NCBI GenBank assembly: GCA_030612025.1
Contig: JAUWOR010000001.1
Location: 1-64,000, forward strand
Direction of reading: 5' to 3'
Length of the DNA stretch: 64,000 nt
DNA from: Dehalococcoidia bacterium
GTDB lineage: Bacteria > Chloroflexota > Dehalococcoidia > GIF9 > AB-539-J10
The position numbers and the translations under genes were made by a program. Below the pieces are notes generated by a model. That model did not search any database and was not told the DNA's origin. It saw only the letters and a program-made list of their open reading frames with translations. This document shows positions 9,860-18,932 of this stretch, in pieces (the first letter of the stretch is position 1; each line of letters starts with the position of its first letter).

Positions 9860-10497
9860 AGAGATTGCTTCGTCGCTTCGCTCCTCGCAATAACCCTTTG
9901 GTAGGAAGTGTCATTAAATGCTACCAACCGCGGTCCATAATCCTCAAACTCAAGGATGCTTACCCCTCCAGGGTCTACCTTGAATTTAGGAAGATAGTCC
10001 AGCGGTAAATCCAAAGCTTTAAAGATGATAGCCAAGATGACAAAGTAATGGCTGACAGCTACCACCGTTCCATCTTTGTGCTCTGCTAACAAACGTTCGA
10101 TGCTCGCCCAGGATCTTTCCTGTAGCTCAACAAGGCTTTCCCCACCAGGCAACCTTTCCGACCCTCCCCCCTGCCACCACTGCATCAAGAACTGACTAAA
10201 GGTAGTGCTCAAACTAGACACAGACAAACCCTCCAATTCGCCAACACTAATCTCCTTAAGTCCAGTATCAATTTCTACAGGCAATTGATGCTGGCTAGCT
10301 ATAGGCTTGGCTGTACTTGCAGCTCGCTTTAGGGGACTGGAAATTATGGCATCAATGTCCTCATCCTTTAGCAAAGAGGCCAACTTATCAGCTTGTTTTA
10401 ACCCAACCTCGCTTAACTCAGTATCGCTGCCACCTCCCTGAATACGCCGCTCTTTATTCCAATAAGTTTCGCCATGCCTAACTAAGATAAGCTTCAA
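9856..10497 (-). CDS. Histidine phosphatase family (CobC/GpmB-like)
   Basis: LVRHGET, SSPLKRA, PGGES, VSH, FNDT. Confidence 0.9.
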   Translation of the reverse strand: MKLILVRHGETYWNKERRIQGGGSDTELSEVGLKQADKLASLLKDEDIDAIISSPLKRAASTAKPIASQHQLPVEIDTGLKEISVGELEGLSVSSLSTTFSQFLMQWWQGGGSERLPGGESLVELQERSWASIERLLAEHKDGTVVAVSHYFVILAIIFKALDLPLDYLPKFKVDPGGVSILEFEDYGPRLVAFNDTSYQRVIARSEATKQSL

Positions 10498-10527
10498 GAG
10501 ATTGCCTCCTTTATCAGCTATCAGCTT

Positions 10528-11667
10528 TCAGCTAGGGGCTGACTGCTGAATGCTTTTATAAGCTAACTTCACTCTCTCACCATAAGAGGGATGGTCATAA
10601 AATAAAATCTTTGTCCACTTACCAAGCTCAGCTTCAATCAAGTTCTGGTCAGTTAACTTAGTCATCAAAGCAATAAAAGCTTGAGGATTATTGCTTAGCT
10701 TCAGTGCAGCCTCGTCTGCTGCCAGTTCAATGCGACGATTATACCAATTAAGAAGTGGCTGTAATATCAACATAAACACAGCTAAAACCAGAACTAGCCA
10801 AGGAAAGCCAGCCACATCACTTATCCCTTGGAAGGAAAATAACACCACTCCAGCCCTAAGAGCTAGACTGGTTAAATAAAATGCCAGTAAAAAGGCGACT
10901 GTCCGAATCAGCATGAGCTTAGGAATATCGCGATGAATGTGGTGACCTAGCTCGTGAGCTAAAGTTACCTCTATCTCATCAAATGAATAACTCTGGAGCA
11001 AGGTGTCACTGATAATAACACGTCTGGATTTGCCCCAGCCACTCAACATGGCATTGGCTGTAGTGGCTTTACTACTTAGATTCATGCTAAACACATCCTC
11101 AACATCAACCTTAGCTCGCCTGGCCAGATTCGCCAACCTCTCTTTAAGCTCTCCCTCCTTCAGAGGTTCCAATTTGAAGAACAAGGAGATAAGAAGTGTA
11201 GGGGCTAGCCAGGTGAGAAACAGAGTCAGCAAAAACATAATTAATCCCGCAGCTAACCACCACAATGAAGGGAGACGTTCCATAAGCCAGTAAATAACTG
11301 TGACCAGACACAAGCCCAATAACAATCCCAGAAGTAAAGATTTAGCTTTGTCTTTCAGCCAGCCGGTCACATTTTGGGTTGACAAGCCATAGCGATGAGG
11401 CAACACAAAGTCTTGATAATAGCCCAGCGGTGCCACGATTATTCCATAGCCTAATACTAGAATCAGCAAATATAAAGCTGCTGACCAGGAAGAAGCAAAG
11501 GGCAAAAAAACAACTAGCCTAGTGGAAACTCCTGCGAAGAGAAGAGCTAGTAGCAAAATAGCCCCCATCCCTAGCTCAAGAAATAGCAGACGCCGTGAGA
11601 GCTTACTATATTCCCGAGCTTCTTGCTGGCGAACTGGGTCAGGGGCATTCTGAGGTAGAGTCATCAT
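10528..11667 (-). CDS. M48 family (Ste24-like) membrane metallopeptidase
   Basis: AHELGH, NA motif, ELAAD, YDHPS, multiple TMs. Confidence 0.9.
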   Translation of the reverse strand: MMTLPQNAPDPVRQQEAREYSKLSRRLLFLELGMGAILLLALLFAGVSTRLVVFLPFASSWSAALYLLILVLGYGIIVAPLGYYQDFVLPHRYGLSTQNVTGWLKDKAKSLLLGLLLGLCLVTVIYWLMERLPSLWWLAAGLIMFLLTLFLTWLAPTLLISLFFKLEPLKEGELKERLANLARRAKVDVEDVFSMNLSSKATTANAMLSGWGKSRRVIISDTLLQSYSFDEIEVTLAHELGHHIHRDIPKLMLIRTVAFLLAFYLTSLALRAGVVLFSFQGISDVAGFPWLVLVLAVFMLILQPLLNWYNRRIELAADEAALKLSNNPQAFIALMTKLTDQNLIEAELGKWTKILFYDHPSYGERVKLAYKSIQQSAPS

Positions 11668-11696
11668 GTCTAGTCGCCTGAGGCCATTCCCTAGGC

Positions 11697-12425
11697 TCAG
11701 GGAGACATTCCTTTCAAAATGAGCTTGGTACGGTGAATAGATTCAGGATATTGGGGGAAACCCAAAGCAACAACTACCTGCTCTGGCCTACCGCTACCTT
11801 TAGCATCACAGCGCAATCTCATTCCCAAAATACATATAGACCCTTCACGGAGCCTGCCCTGAGCAAGATTCTTCGGTCGCTTCTCTCCCTCAGAATGACA
11901 AGTAGCGAAGGGTTCAGGATGGTGGCCGATAACCCATAAATCATCTATTAAGGCTCGCAAATCATATAGCTTCATTTTGTCACCTCGGGAGTGATGCCAA
12001 GGTAACTCCCTGGCCTGAAGCAAAGAGTGAAGTGAGGCCTCTACATCTTGCTCACTTTTCCCTGACTTTATCACAACACGGTACTCGGCGAAAGCAAGGC
12101 AAGATTGAAGCGAGGGGATATTTAGCCCTACCTGCCAGGCATCGAATATCTCAAAGCCACAAGGCAATTGGCTCCTCACTCGCATCATAAGAGATTGAGG
12201 AGGCATCCAGCGACTTAGCCATACATCCATGAGTTCAGCCTCACTGGTTACCCCTACAGCTAAAGGCACTGCGAGTGAAATTCGTGGATGGGGGGTAAAA
12301 CCCTGAGAATAAACTAAAGGTATTCTTGCCCGCCTGAATACCCTCTCCCAAAACCTCACCACATCAAGATGAGAAATAAACTTAACCTCCTCCCCACGAC
12401 CAAACCTAAGACGCAGGCGTTGCAT
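11697..12425 (-). CDS. TIGR03936 radical SAM-linked protein with in-frame repeat insert
   Basis: KFISHLD, YSQGFTPHPRIS, GVTSEAE. Confidence 0.9.
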   Translation of the reverse strand: MQRLRLRFGRGEEVKFISHLDVVRFWERVFRRARIPLVYSQGFTPHPRISLAVPLAVGVTSEAELMDVWLSRWMPPQSLMMRVRSQLPCGFEIFDAWQVGLNIPSLQSCLAFAEYRVVIKSGKSEQDVEASLHSLLQARELPWHHSRGDKMKLYDLRALIDDLWVIGHHPEPFATCHSEGEKRPKNLAQGRLREGSICILGMRLRCDAKGSGRPEQVVVALGFPQYPESIHRTKLILKGMSP

Positions 12426-13683
12426 CTTTTTCCCTGGTCACCATAACTTTCTCTATCTTCACCCCTCGCATTTCAGTTATAACAAATTTCAGGTTCCGGT
12501 ACTTCAATTGCTCACCCTGCCTGGGTATCCGACCAAGACGGCTCAGAATAAAGCCCGCCACAGTCTCATAATCACCAAGAGGCAGTTCTAGCCCTAGTTC
12601 ATCGTTAGCCTCCTCCACCCGGAATCCACCGTCCAACTGAAAGACATTATCACCGGTTACCACGAAGTCCTTGTCTTCCTTAATCAATTCATGCCGAATA
12701 TCGCCCACAATCTCCTCAGTGAGCTGCCCCAAGGTAACCATTCCAGCTATACCCCCAAATTCATCGACAACAATTACTACGTGGTAACCGCCGTCTCTTA
12801 TCTCGGTGAGAAGCTCTCCCAGATGCTTGCTCTCTGGCACAAAGTGAGCCGGTCGTATCAAATCATCAATAACAATTTCTTCGCTGGCACAGTTATCAGT
12901 TAACTTCATAAGCACATCTTTAGCAAACAAGATACCCACCACATTATCCGTATTATCTTTGTAGACGGGGAAGCGGCTATAAGGCGTTTGCGCATAGATA
13001 GCTAGAAAATCGCTTAGCTTCGTTCCTTGCTCTACCCAGGCGATTTCCGTCCTGGGAATCATTACCTTACTTACCGGGCGATCAGTAAACTCAAACACTT
13101 TGTGCAGCATCTCTGCCTCATCCTCTTCTACCACTCCCTCATCCTCACCGGCACTTATAACGGAGCGTATCTCACTCTCGCTCACTAGCTTCCTATCCTC
13201 CTCAGTCTCAGCCACCATTTTAATAAACCCTAAACCAATACGATCCAATGCCAAGACAAAGGGATAAAGGCACCACTCTATTATCCTCACTGGATTAATA
13301 TAAAGCAGAGATAATCGTTGAGCATGGTGGACAGCTATAGTCTTAGGAATAACCTCCCCAAAAACTAAAATCAAGGTTGTCACTCCAACAGTGGCTATGA
13401 TTGGCCCCCATGGCAAGCCAAAGGCTGCCACCGCCATAATAGTGCCCAGCGTAGCTGCCGCCACATTTACCAGGTTATTACCTAGTAAAACAGTGGCTAA
13501 AAACCTCTCTGGTCTATCAGCAGCTTTAGCTAGCTGCCTTGCTCCCTTAACACCGCTTTCTGCCAGATATCTTATGCGAAGCTTGGGCAGGGAAATAAAA
13601 GCTGCCTCAGCACTGGAAAAGAAAGCTGACAGAGCTAAGCAGAGTAGAAAGGCTAACAAAAGCCAACTATCGGCGTCGTCCAC
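12406..13683 (-). CDS. CNNM/CBS/CorC (hemolysin-family) membrane protein
   Basis: SAFFSSAE, GEVIPK, YSRFPVY, VVDEFGG, YETVAG. Confidence 0.92.
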   Translation of the reverse strand: MDDADSWLLLAFLLCLALSAFFSSAEAAFISLPKLRIRYLAESGVKGARQLAKAADRPERFLATVLLGNNLVNVAAATLGTIMAVAAFGLPWGPIIATVGVTTLILVFGEVIPKTIAVHHAQRLSLLYINPVRIIEWCLYPFVLALDRIGLGFIKMVAETEEDRKLVSESEIRSVISAGEDEGVVEEDEAEMLHKVFEFTDRPVSKVMIPRTEIAWVEQGTKLSDFLAIYAQTPYSRFPVYKDNTDNVVGILFAKDVLMKLTDNCASEEIVIDDLIRPAHFVPESKHLGELLTEIRDGGYHVVIVVDEFGGIAGMVTLGQLTEEIVGDIRHELIKEDKDFVVTGDNVFQLDGGFRVEEANDELGLELPLGDYETVAGFILSRLGRIPRQGEQLKYRNLKFVITEMRGVKIEKVMVTREKDATPAS

Positions 13684-13794
13684 CTATCACCACCCCCCAA
13701 ATCCTCCACTAAATAAACTGACCATACTTTTACAATTAACCCTTGGGCTAAAATCTACCCTTATGCAAATTATGATAGCATTGGCTAGCAAACT

Positions 13795-13871
13795 TGTCAA
13801 AACAAAAACTTTTGACAGGCTTCCGATCCTATGATATTGTAGGCTTTGTTGATTATTTTGGTCAACAAAGC
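13795..13871 (+). promoter_or_regulatory. Promoter with two inverted repeats, candidate Rrf2 operators
   Basis: TGTCAAAA-N7-TTTTGACA over a TTGACA -35; GCTTTGTTGA-N9-TCAACAAAGC just before the ATG. Confidence 0.55.
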
Positions 13872-13880
13872 AGGGATCCA

Positions 13881-14351
13881 ATGAGGCTTTCCACTAAAGG
13901 ACGGTATGGAACCAGGGCGCTTTTGGATTTAGCCCTTCACTGGGGTGAGGGACTAGTTCAATTGAAAGACATCGCTCGAAGACAGGAGATTCCACTGCCA
14001 TACCTGGAGCATTTAATCACACCCTTTGTAGCAGCGGGAATAATAAAAAGCACTCGCGGGCCTCAAGGTGGAGTCTCACTGCTCAAGCATCCTCAAGAGA
14101 TTAGGCTCAGCGAGGTGATTCAACTTCTTGAGGGCTCGATTGCTCCGGTAGAATGCGTCAATAATCCAAAGTCATATCCTCGTTCCAATCTTTGCGTCAC
14201 TCGCGACATCTGGAGTGAGGTAAAAAAAGCCATAGACGGAGTTTTGGAATCTACGACTTTACAGGATCTGGTCGAGCGGCAAACTAGGAAAGAGGCAACT
14301 GCCAGGTGTAAAGTCAGAGAGGTAGTATGCCAGCTAAGATTGACAAAGTAG
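13881..14351 (+). CDS. Rrf2 family transcriptional regulator
   Basis: MRLSTKGRYG...YLEHL...STRGPQGG; start taken at ATG 13881. Confidence 0.9.
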   Translation: MRLSTKGRYGTRALLDLALHWGEGLVQLKDIARRQEIPLPYLEHLITPFVAAGIIKSTRGPQGGVSLLKHPQEIRLSEVIQLLEGSIAPVECVNNPKSYPRSNLCVTRDIWSEVKKAIDGVLESTTLQDLVERQTRKEATARCKVREVVCQLRLTK

Positions 14352-14400
14352 GCTTGTTTCTTGCCCGGAGATAAAATAGCCTTAATAAAAGAAGTCCTAT

Positions 14401-14507
14401 TGAAATGCAAAAGGCAAAAATAAAAATGCAAAATGACAGAGCAAAAGTTAAAAAGTTTGCATTTTGAATTATCATTTTGACTTTTGACCTTTGATTTTTA
14501 ATTTTCT
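14401..14507. repeat. A-rich/T-rich heptamer hairpin repeat
   Basis: Related copy at ~14820-14960; inverted copy at 46511-46612 differs at only ~4 positions. Confidence 0.8.
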
Positions 14508-14580
14508 ATAGGGAATCTATGTTTCGAGCAATGTCGGAGGTTTATATTAGAGGCTAAAGCTAGAAGGAAGGAGGTTAATT

Positions 14581-14799
14581 ATGCGAGAGAAGATAGAAGC
14601 AGCACTAGAGCAAATAAGACCTGCTTTGCTAGCAGATGGCGGTGATGTCCAGTTGGTAGATGTCAGCAACGGTGTGGTCAAGGTGAAGCTCACCGGTGCC
14701 TGCGGAGACTGTCCAATGGCGACCCTAACCTTGCGACAGGGAATTGAGCGTGTGCTTAAAGAGCAAGTGCCTGAAGTTAAGGAAGTGATTGCCATCTAA
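14581..14799 (+). CDS. nifU: NifU/NfuA C-terminal domain protein
   Basis: IRPALLADGGDV...GACGDCPMA. Confidence 0.92.
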   Translation: MREKIEAALEQIRPALLADGGDVQLVDVSNGVVKVKLTGACGDCPMATLTLRQGIERVLKEQVPEVKEVIAI

Positions 14800-14807
14800 A
14801 GTTAAGG

Positions 14808-14972
14808 AAGCACTAAATACTAATATCTAAATCCTAAAGAAAATCAAAAGGCAAAAGTAAAAATGCAAAATGACAGGGCAAAAGTTAAAAATCAGTTTAG
14901 TAAAGCCTTTTTGCATTTTGAATTGTAATTTTAATTTTTTATCTTTGATTTTTGATATTTGTTAGAATTTGA
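14808..14972. repeat. Composite heptamer hairpin repeat
   Basis: CTAAAT(A/C) heptamers plus the 14401-type core. Confidence 0.7.
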
Positions 14973-14987
14973 GAGGCAGGAGGCTTA

Positions 14988-15254
14988 ATGCCAAAGGCTT
15001 TTATTTGTCATTCTTGTGGTGAGAGAGTGGAATTCTCCCCTGAGAAGCGACCTTGCGAGGCGCTCAGCGGCTGGCTTACGGTTTCGCACTGGAAAGGCTT
15101 GGGAGCAGTTGAGCAGTACAATTTCTGTTCCTTTACTTGCCTTAAAAGATGGGCAGATGCTCAGGTTCCCAAAATCCCCGAAGTGTTCCTAAAAGCTTTT
15201 GAGAGAAAAAGGGATAAAAAAAGAAAGGCTATGCGAGGGAAAATACAACCTTGA
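14988..15254 (+). CDS. Small Zn-binding hypothetical protein
   Basis: CHSC...FCSFTCL; GGAGG RBS. Confidence 0.7.
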   Translation: MPKAFICHSCGERVEFSPEKRPCEALSGWLTVSHWKGLGAVEQYNFCSFTCLKRWADAQVPKIPEVFLKAFERKRDKKRKAMRGKIQP

Positions 15255-15364
15255 AGGAGGAATTGCTCGATGAGAGGATCGGGGCTTCCCAATAACCCCA
15301 GAAACAAAATGCCCTTCCAGCGGTTCGTAACTTTTATGTTTGAAGAGGAGATCGAGAGGTAAAA

Positions 15365-15598
15365 ATGCCTATCTATGAATATTTTTGTCCACATTGTAAT
15401 CTTAAGTTTGAATTACTTCGCCCCTTATCCCAGTCAGACGAAATTGCTTCTTGCCCCTATTGTCATACCAATGCCAAGCGAATGCTCTCTTCCTTCGCTT
15501 CACTTTCTAAAGAGACGGAAGAGGAATCCGCCTCGATCGGTGGAAGCTCACCTTGCAGTACATGCTCTGCCGTAAGCTGTGCTGCTTGCAAAAGATAG
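15365..15598 (+). CDS. FmdB family zinc-ribbon protein
   Basis: MPIYEYFCPHC...CPYC, Cys-rich tail. Confidence 0.9.
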   Translation: MPIYEYFCPHCNLKFELLRPLSQSDEIASCPYCHTNAKRMLSSFASLSKETEEESASIGGSSPCSTCSAVSCAACKR

Positions 15599-15610
15599 TG
15601 CCATCGGCGA

Positions 15611-16351
15611 TTGAAACCAAAGGAGAATAAGCAAGTGTTAGAAGTAAAGGGACTTAAACTAACGCTAAATGGCAAGCCTGTAATCAACGGTTTAAATCTA
15701 GAAGTGAAGAAAGGCAAGATACATGGCTTATTGGGGGTAAACGGGACTGGAAAGACAACGCTGGCTAACTTACTAATGGGGATAGGTTACCCAGATGAGG
15801 GAAGCATAATATTTGAAGGTCGAGATATCACCAAGTGCACAATTTCAGAGAGGGCAAGGATGGGGATAACTCTGGCCTGGCAAGAGCCGGCAAAGTTTGA
15901 AGGGCTTAGCATAAAGGAATATTTGAAGTTAAGCAGGAATTTGGACTCAAACGAGAGCGAAAGTTATCTCTGGATGGTCGGGCTTTCCCCAGCAGAATAT
16001 CTAAATCGAGCCGTTGATATGAGCCTAAGCGGAGGAGAGAGAAAAAGAGTTGAGCTTGCCTCCGTCCTGGCTATGAAGCCGAAAGTGGCTATTTTAGACG
16101 AGCCTGATTCTGGTATAGATGTAATCTCACTGCCCCATATCATGAATGGGATAGTTGAAATGAGTAAACAAGGCTCTGCGGTGCTTTTAATCACGCATAG
16201 TGAAACAGGCATAGAAATAGCAAATGGGGTCTCTGTGATGTGTGCCGGAAAGATAATCAATACCGGAGCACCAGAGGAGATGTGTCAGTGGTTTAAGGAT
16301 AATTGCCGGACATGTGACCATATCGGTGAGCCAGCTTATGAGGGGGCTTAA
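15611..16351 (+). CDS. sufC: SufC/SmsC-type ABC ATPase
   Basis: GVNGTGKT, AWQEPAKFEG, LSGGERKR, DEPDSGID, C-terminal Cys cluster. Confidence 0.88.
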   Translation: MKPKENKQVLEVKGLKLTLNGKPVINGLNLEVKKGKIHGLLGVNGTGKTTLANLLMGIGYPDEGSIIFEGRDITKCTISERARMGITLAWQEPAKFEGLSIKEYLKLSRNLDSNESESYLWMVGLSPAEYLNRAVDMSLSGGERKRVELASVLAMKPKVAILDEPDSGIDVISLPHIMNGIVEMSKQGSAVLLITHSETGIEIANGVSVMCAGKIINTGAPEEMCQWFKDNCRTCDHIGEPAYEGA

Positions 16352-16354
16352 GAA

Positions 16355-17302
16355 ATGATTGTTGCCAACGAATACGAGGCGATACTCGAAGCCTACGGTA
16401 AGGCAGGTGGGAGTCTTGATGCCCTAAGAAGCAAGGAAGTAGGCAATCTTATTATCCATAAAAATAGAGTCCTCAGTGCTAACGAGGTCAAAGGGATAAA
16501 AGTAGAGACAGAAGAGACAGAAACTGGTGTTAATATCTACTTTTTAGTGGAGGAAGGGGCGAAAATTAAATACCCCGTCCACTTATGCTTTGGTGTTTTG
16601 CCTAAGGAGGGGCTGCAGGAAATTATATTGAGAGTAGAGGCACAAGCCAACAGCGAGGTAACTGTGATTGCCCATTGTATTTTCCCCAATGCCATCAATG
16701 TAATACATAAAATGGACGCCGATATAAAAATTGGGAATAACGCCAAGTTTTGCTACCAAGAAACTCATTATCATGGGGAGTCCGGCGGAGTTAAGGTTAT
16801 CCCAAAGGCAAAAATCGAGGTAGGTAAACAAGGTGTCTGGCAGGGCACCTTCACCTTGATCGAAGGCTGCGTGGGCATGTTGGACTACGACTTTGAGATT
16901 TTTGGCGAGGAGAAAAGCATAAATGAGCTTTTAGTAAAGATCTTTGGTAAAAAGGAAGACGATATAAAAATCGTAGAGAAAATCCACCTTAATGGAAGAG
17001 GCGCCAGGGGTTTGGCAAAAAGTCGTCTGGTATTAAACGATAACGCCAAAGCAGTGGTTATGGGCGAAACGTACGGCAATGCCCCTTTTGCCAGAGGTCA
17101 TGTTGACTGCCTCGAAATCGTGAATGGAAAAGGAGTGATAGCAAGAGCAATACCAATAGTATATGTGAAGAATGAGCAGGCAAAGGTTACTCATGAAGCC
17201 GCTATAGGTAGTATAGATAAGAAGCAGATGCAAACATTGATGGCAAGGGGATTAAATGAGGAGGAAGCGGTTGACGTTATCGTGAGAGGCATATTAAGAT
17301 GA
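16355..17302 (+). CDS. sufB: SufB/SufD (SmsB-type) scaffold
   Basis: PVHLCFG, ARGHVDC, VTHEAAIG, LMARGL. Confidence 0.88.
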   Translation: MIVANEYEAILEAYGKAGGSLDALRSKEVGNLIIHKNRVLSANEVKGIKVETEETETGVNIYFLVEEGAKIKYPVHLCFGVLPKEGLQEIILRVEAQANSEVTVIAHCIFPNAINVIHKMDADIKIGNNAKFCYQETHYHGESGGVKVIPKAKIEVGKQGVWQGTFTLIEGCVGMLDYDFEIFGEEKSINELLVKIFGKKEDDIKIVEKIHLNGRGARGLAKSRLVLNDNAKAVVMGETYGNAPFARGHVDCLEIVNGKGVIARAIPIVYVKNEQAKVTHEAAIGSIDKKQMQTLMARGLNEEEAVDVIVRGILR

Positions 17303-17312
17303 CACCTTACCA

Positions 17313-17343
17313 CGTCATTGCGAGCCGAAAGCGAAGCAATCTC
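17313..17343. repeat. GTCATTGCGAG...GCAATCTC palindromic repeat
   Basis: Same family as 8599, 9327, 9861 and ~45680. Confidence 0.7.
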
Positions 17344-17477
17344 ATCAAGGTCAGCTGCAATGTTGCAGTGATCAGGGTAAGAAGAGATTATCTTTTCGAA
17401 ATATTGCCCTAGGGTTTTTCTTAAGCGGGTGGGGCCAACGAGGGTTCTAAATTTTCAAACGAAAGGAGGCTAAAAAC

Positions 17478-17633
17478 ATGAAAACCGTAAGCCTATGCAG
17501 CAAAGACTCCTGCTGCCCAGTAGTCAAGATAACAGATACACAAGTGGAAATAGGAGAGAAAGACAACACCTGCATTCTCACTAAAGCCCAGTGGAAGACC
17601 CTCAAAGAAAAGATACTGAAAAAAGAACTCTAA
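17478..17633 (+). CDS. 51-aa Cys-containing small protein
   Basis: AAGGAGG RBS; MKTVSLCSKDSCCPVVKITDTQVEIGEKDNTCILTKAQWKTLKEKILKKEL. Confidence 0.75.
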   Translation: MKTVSLCSKDSCCPVVKITDTQVEIGEKDNTCILTKAQWKTLKEKILKKEL

Positions 17634-17742
17634 GACAAAAACCACAAAGTCAAACTCCGTAAGCTCCACCCACTCCACAGAGAATTATTTGCTAAGGTAA
17701 CCTAGGATGGGTTTGTTAAGGCTAGAGAGAGGATAAAAGTTC

Positions 17743-18636
17743 ATGCCGAAAATCAATCTTCTCGATTCTAAAACCTGCACCTTGGTAGGGCTTGTCACCA
17801 ATGTAGCCCTAGCAATCTTTAAGCTTTTTGCCGGTATATTTGGTTTCAGCTATGCCATGATAGCCGACGCTATTCACTCCATGTCCGACTGCCTTGCCAC
17901 CGGAACTGTTTATGTAGGCCTACGAATTGGAGAAAGACCGCCAGACGAGAGCCATCCTTACGGTCATGCCAATGCAGAAACTATTGCCGCCTTTCTGGTC
18001 GCTCTCATAATCCTGGCTACCGGCGTCTTTGTCGGCGTTTCCGCTGTCCATCTTATTGCCCAGAGGCACTTGGAACCTCCAGCCACGATTGCTCTAGCAG
18101 CAGCTGCCACTTCCATAGTCATAAAGGAGGGGATGTTTCGTTATACGCTCAAAGTAGGAAAGAGGAACAATAGCCCAGCCGTTATCACCAATGCCTGGCA
18201 TCACCGCTCAGATGCTTATTCCTCAGTGGCTGCTTTGGCTGGCATACTTGGAGCAAGGCTGGCTTTTCAATATTTAGACCCCATAGCGGGACTTGTGGTC
18301 TCAGCCTTTATTGTTAAGATGTCTCTCCCCCTTCTCCGTTCAAACGTTGGAATCTTGATGGATGAAAGACCAGAGCCAGCAGTTTTAGATAAGATAAGAG
18401 CCGCGGTCCTAGAGGTTGGAGGAGTTAAAGCAATCGATAGTATCAAAGTACATCGCCGTGGTTCTACCTTCACCATTGATATAGAAGTAGCTGTAGACAG
18501 CAACCTCACTGTGGAGCAAGGTCATCAGGTTGCCTCCAAAGTAAAAAACAACCTCCAGAACAAGATTGAGCATGTGCAGGATGTCATGGTCCATGTTAAC
18601 CCTTATCAACCAGGGCAGATTTCAGGAAAGAAGTGA
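17743..18636 (+). CDS. Cation diffusion facilitator (FieF-like)
   Basis: ADAIHSMSD, HPYGH, HHRSD, VMVHVNP. Confidence 0.92.
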   Translation: MPKINLLDSKTCTLVGLVTNVALAIFKLFAGIFGFSYAMIADAIHSMSDCLATGTVYVGLRIGERPPDESHPYGHANAETIAAFLVALIILATGVFVGVSAVHLIAQRHLEPPATIALAAAATSIVIKEGMFRYTLKVGKRNNSPAVITNAWHHRSDAYSSVAALAGILGARLAFQYLDPIAGLVVSAFIVKMSLPLLRSNVGILMDERPEPAVLDKIRAAVLEVGGVKAIDSIKVHRRGSTFTIDIEVAVDSNLTVEQGHQVASKVKNNLQNKIEHVQDVMVHVNPYQPGQISGKK

Positions 18637-18639
18637 GCT

Positions 18640-18870
18640 ATGTTGAAAACCAATAGAGATTTGTCTTTAGTGGAAAAGATTTTGAAGCTGAAAAGGGATA
18701 GGAATGCCGTTATCCTCGCCCATAACTACTAACTGGGCGAGGTTCAGGATATAGCCGACTTCGTTGGTGATTCCTTGGAATTCGCCAGAAAGGTAGTAGA
18801 TGACAATGTTTGCCAGGATGCCAGAAGGGCACTGGAAAGGATTTTTGAGCTTTCCACTCCGGAAAGGTAG
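18640..18870 (+). pseudogene. nadA: Quinolinate synthase remnant (nonsense codon plus large internal deletion)
   Basis: [34 protein letters not shown] joined to C-terminal-like ARRALERIFELS. Confidence 0.8.
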
Positions 18871-18932
18871 TCTCCTGGATAAGTGCATGCTTAAAGAGCA
18901 CCACAAACTAAAGAAGTAGCCGGGGGCAAACT

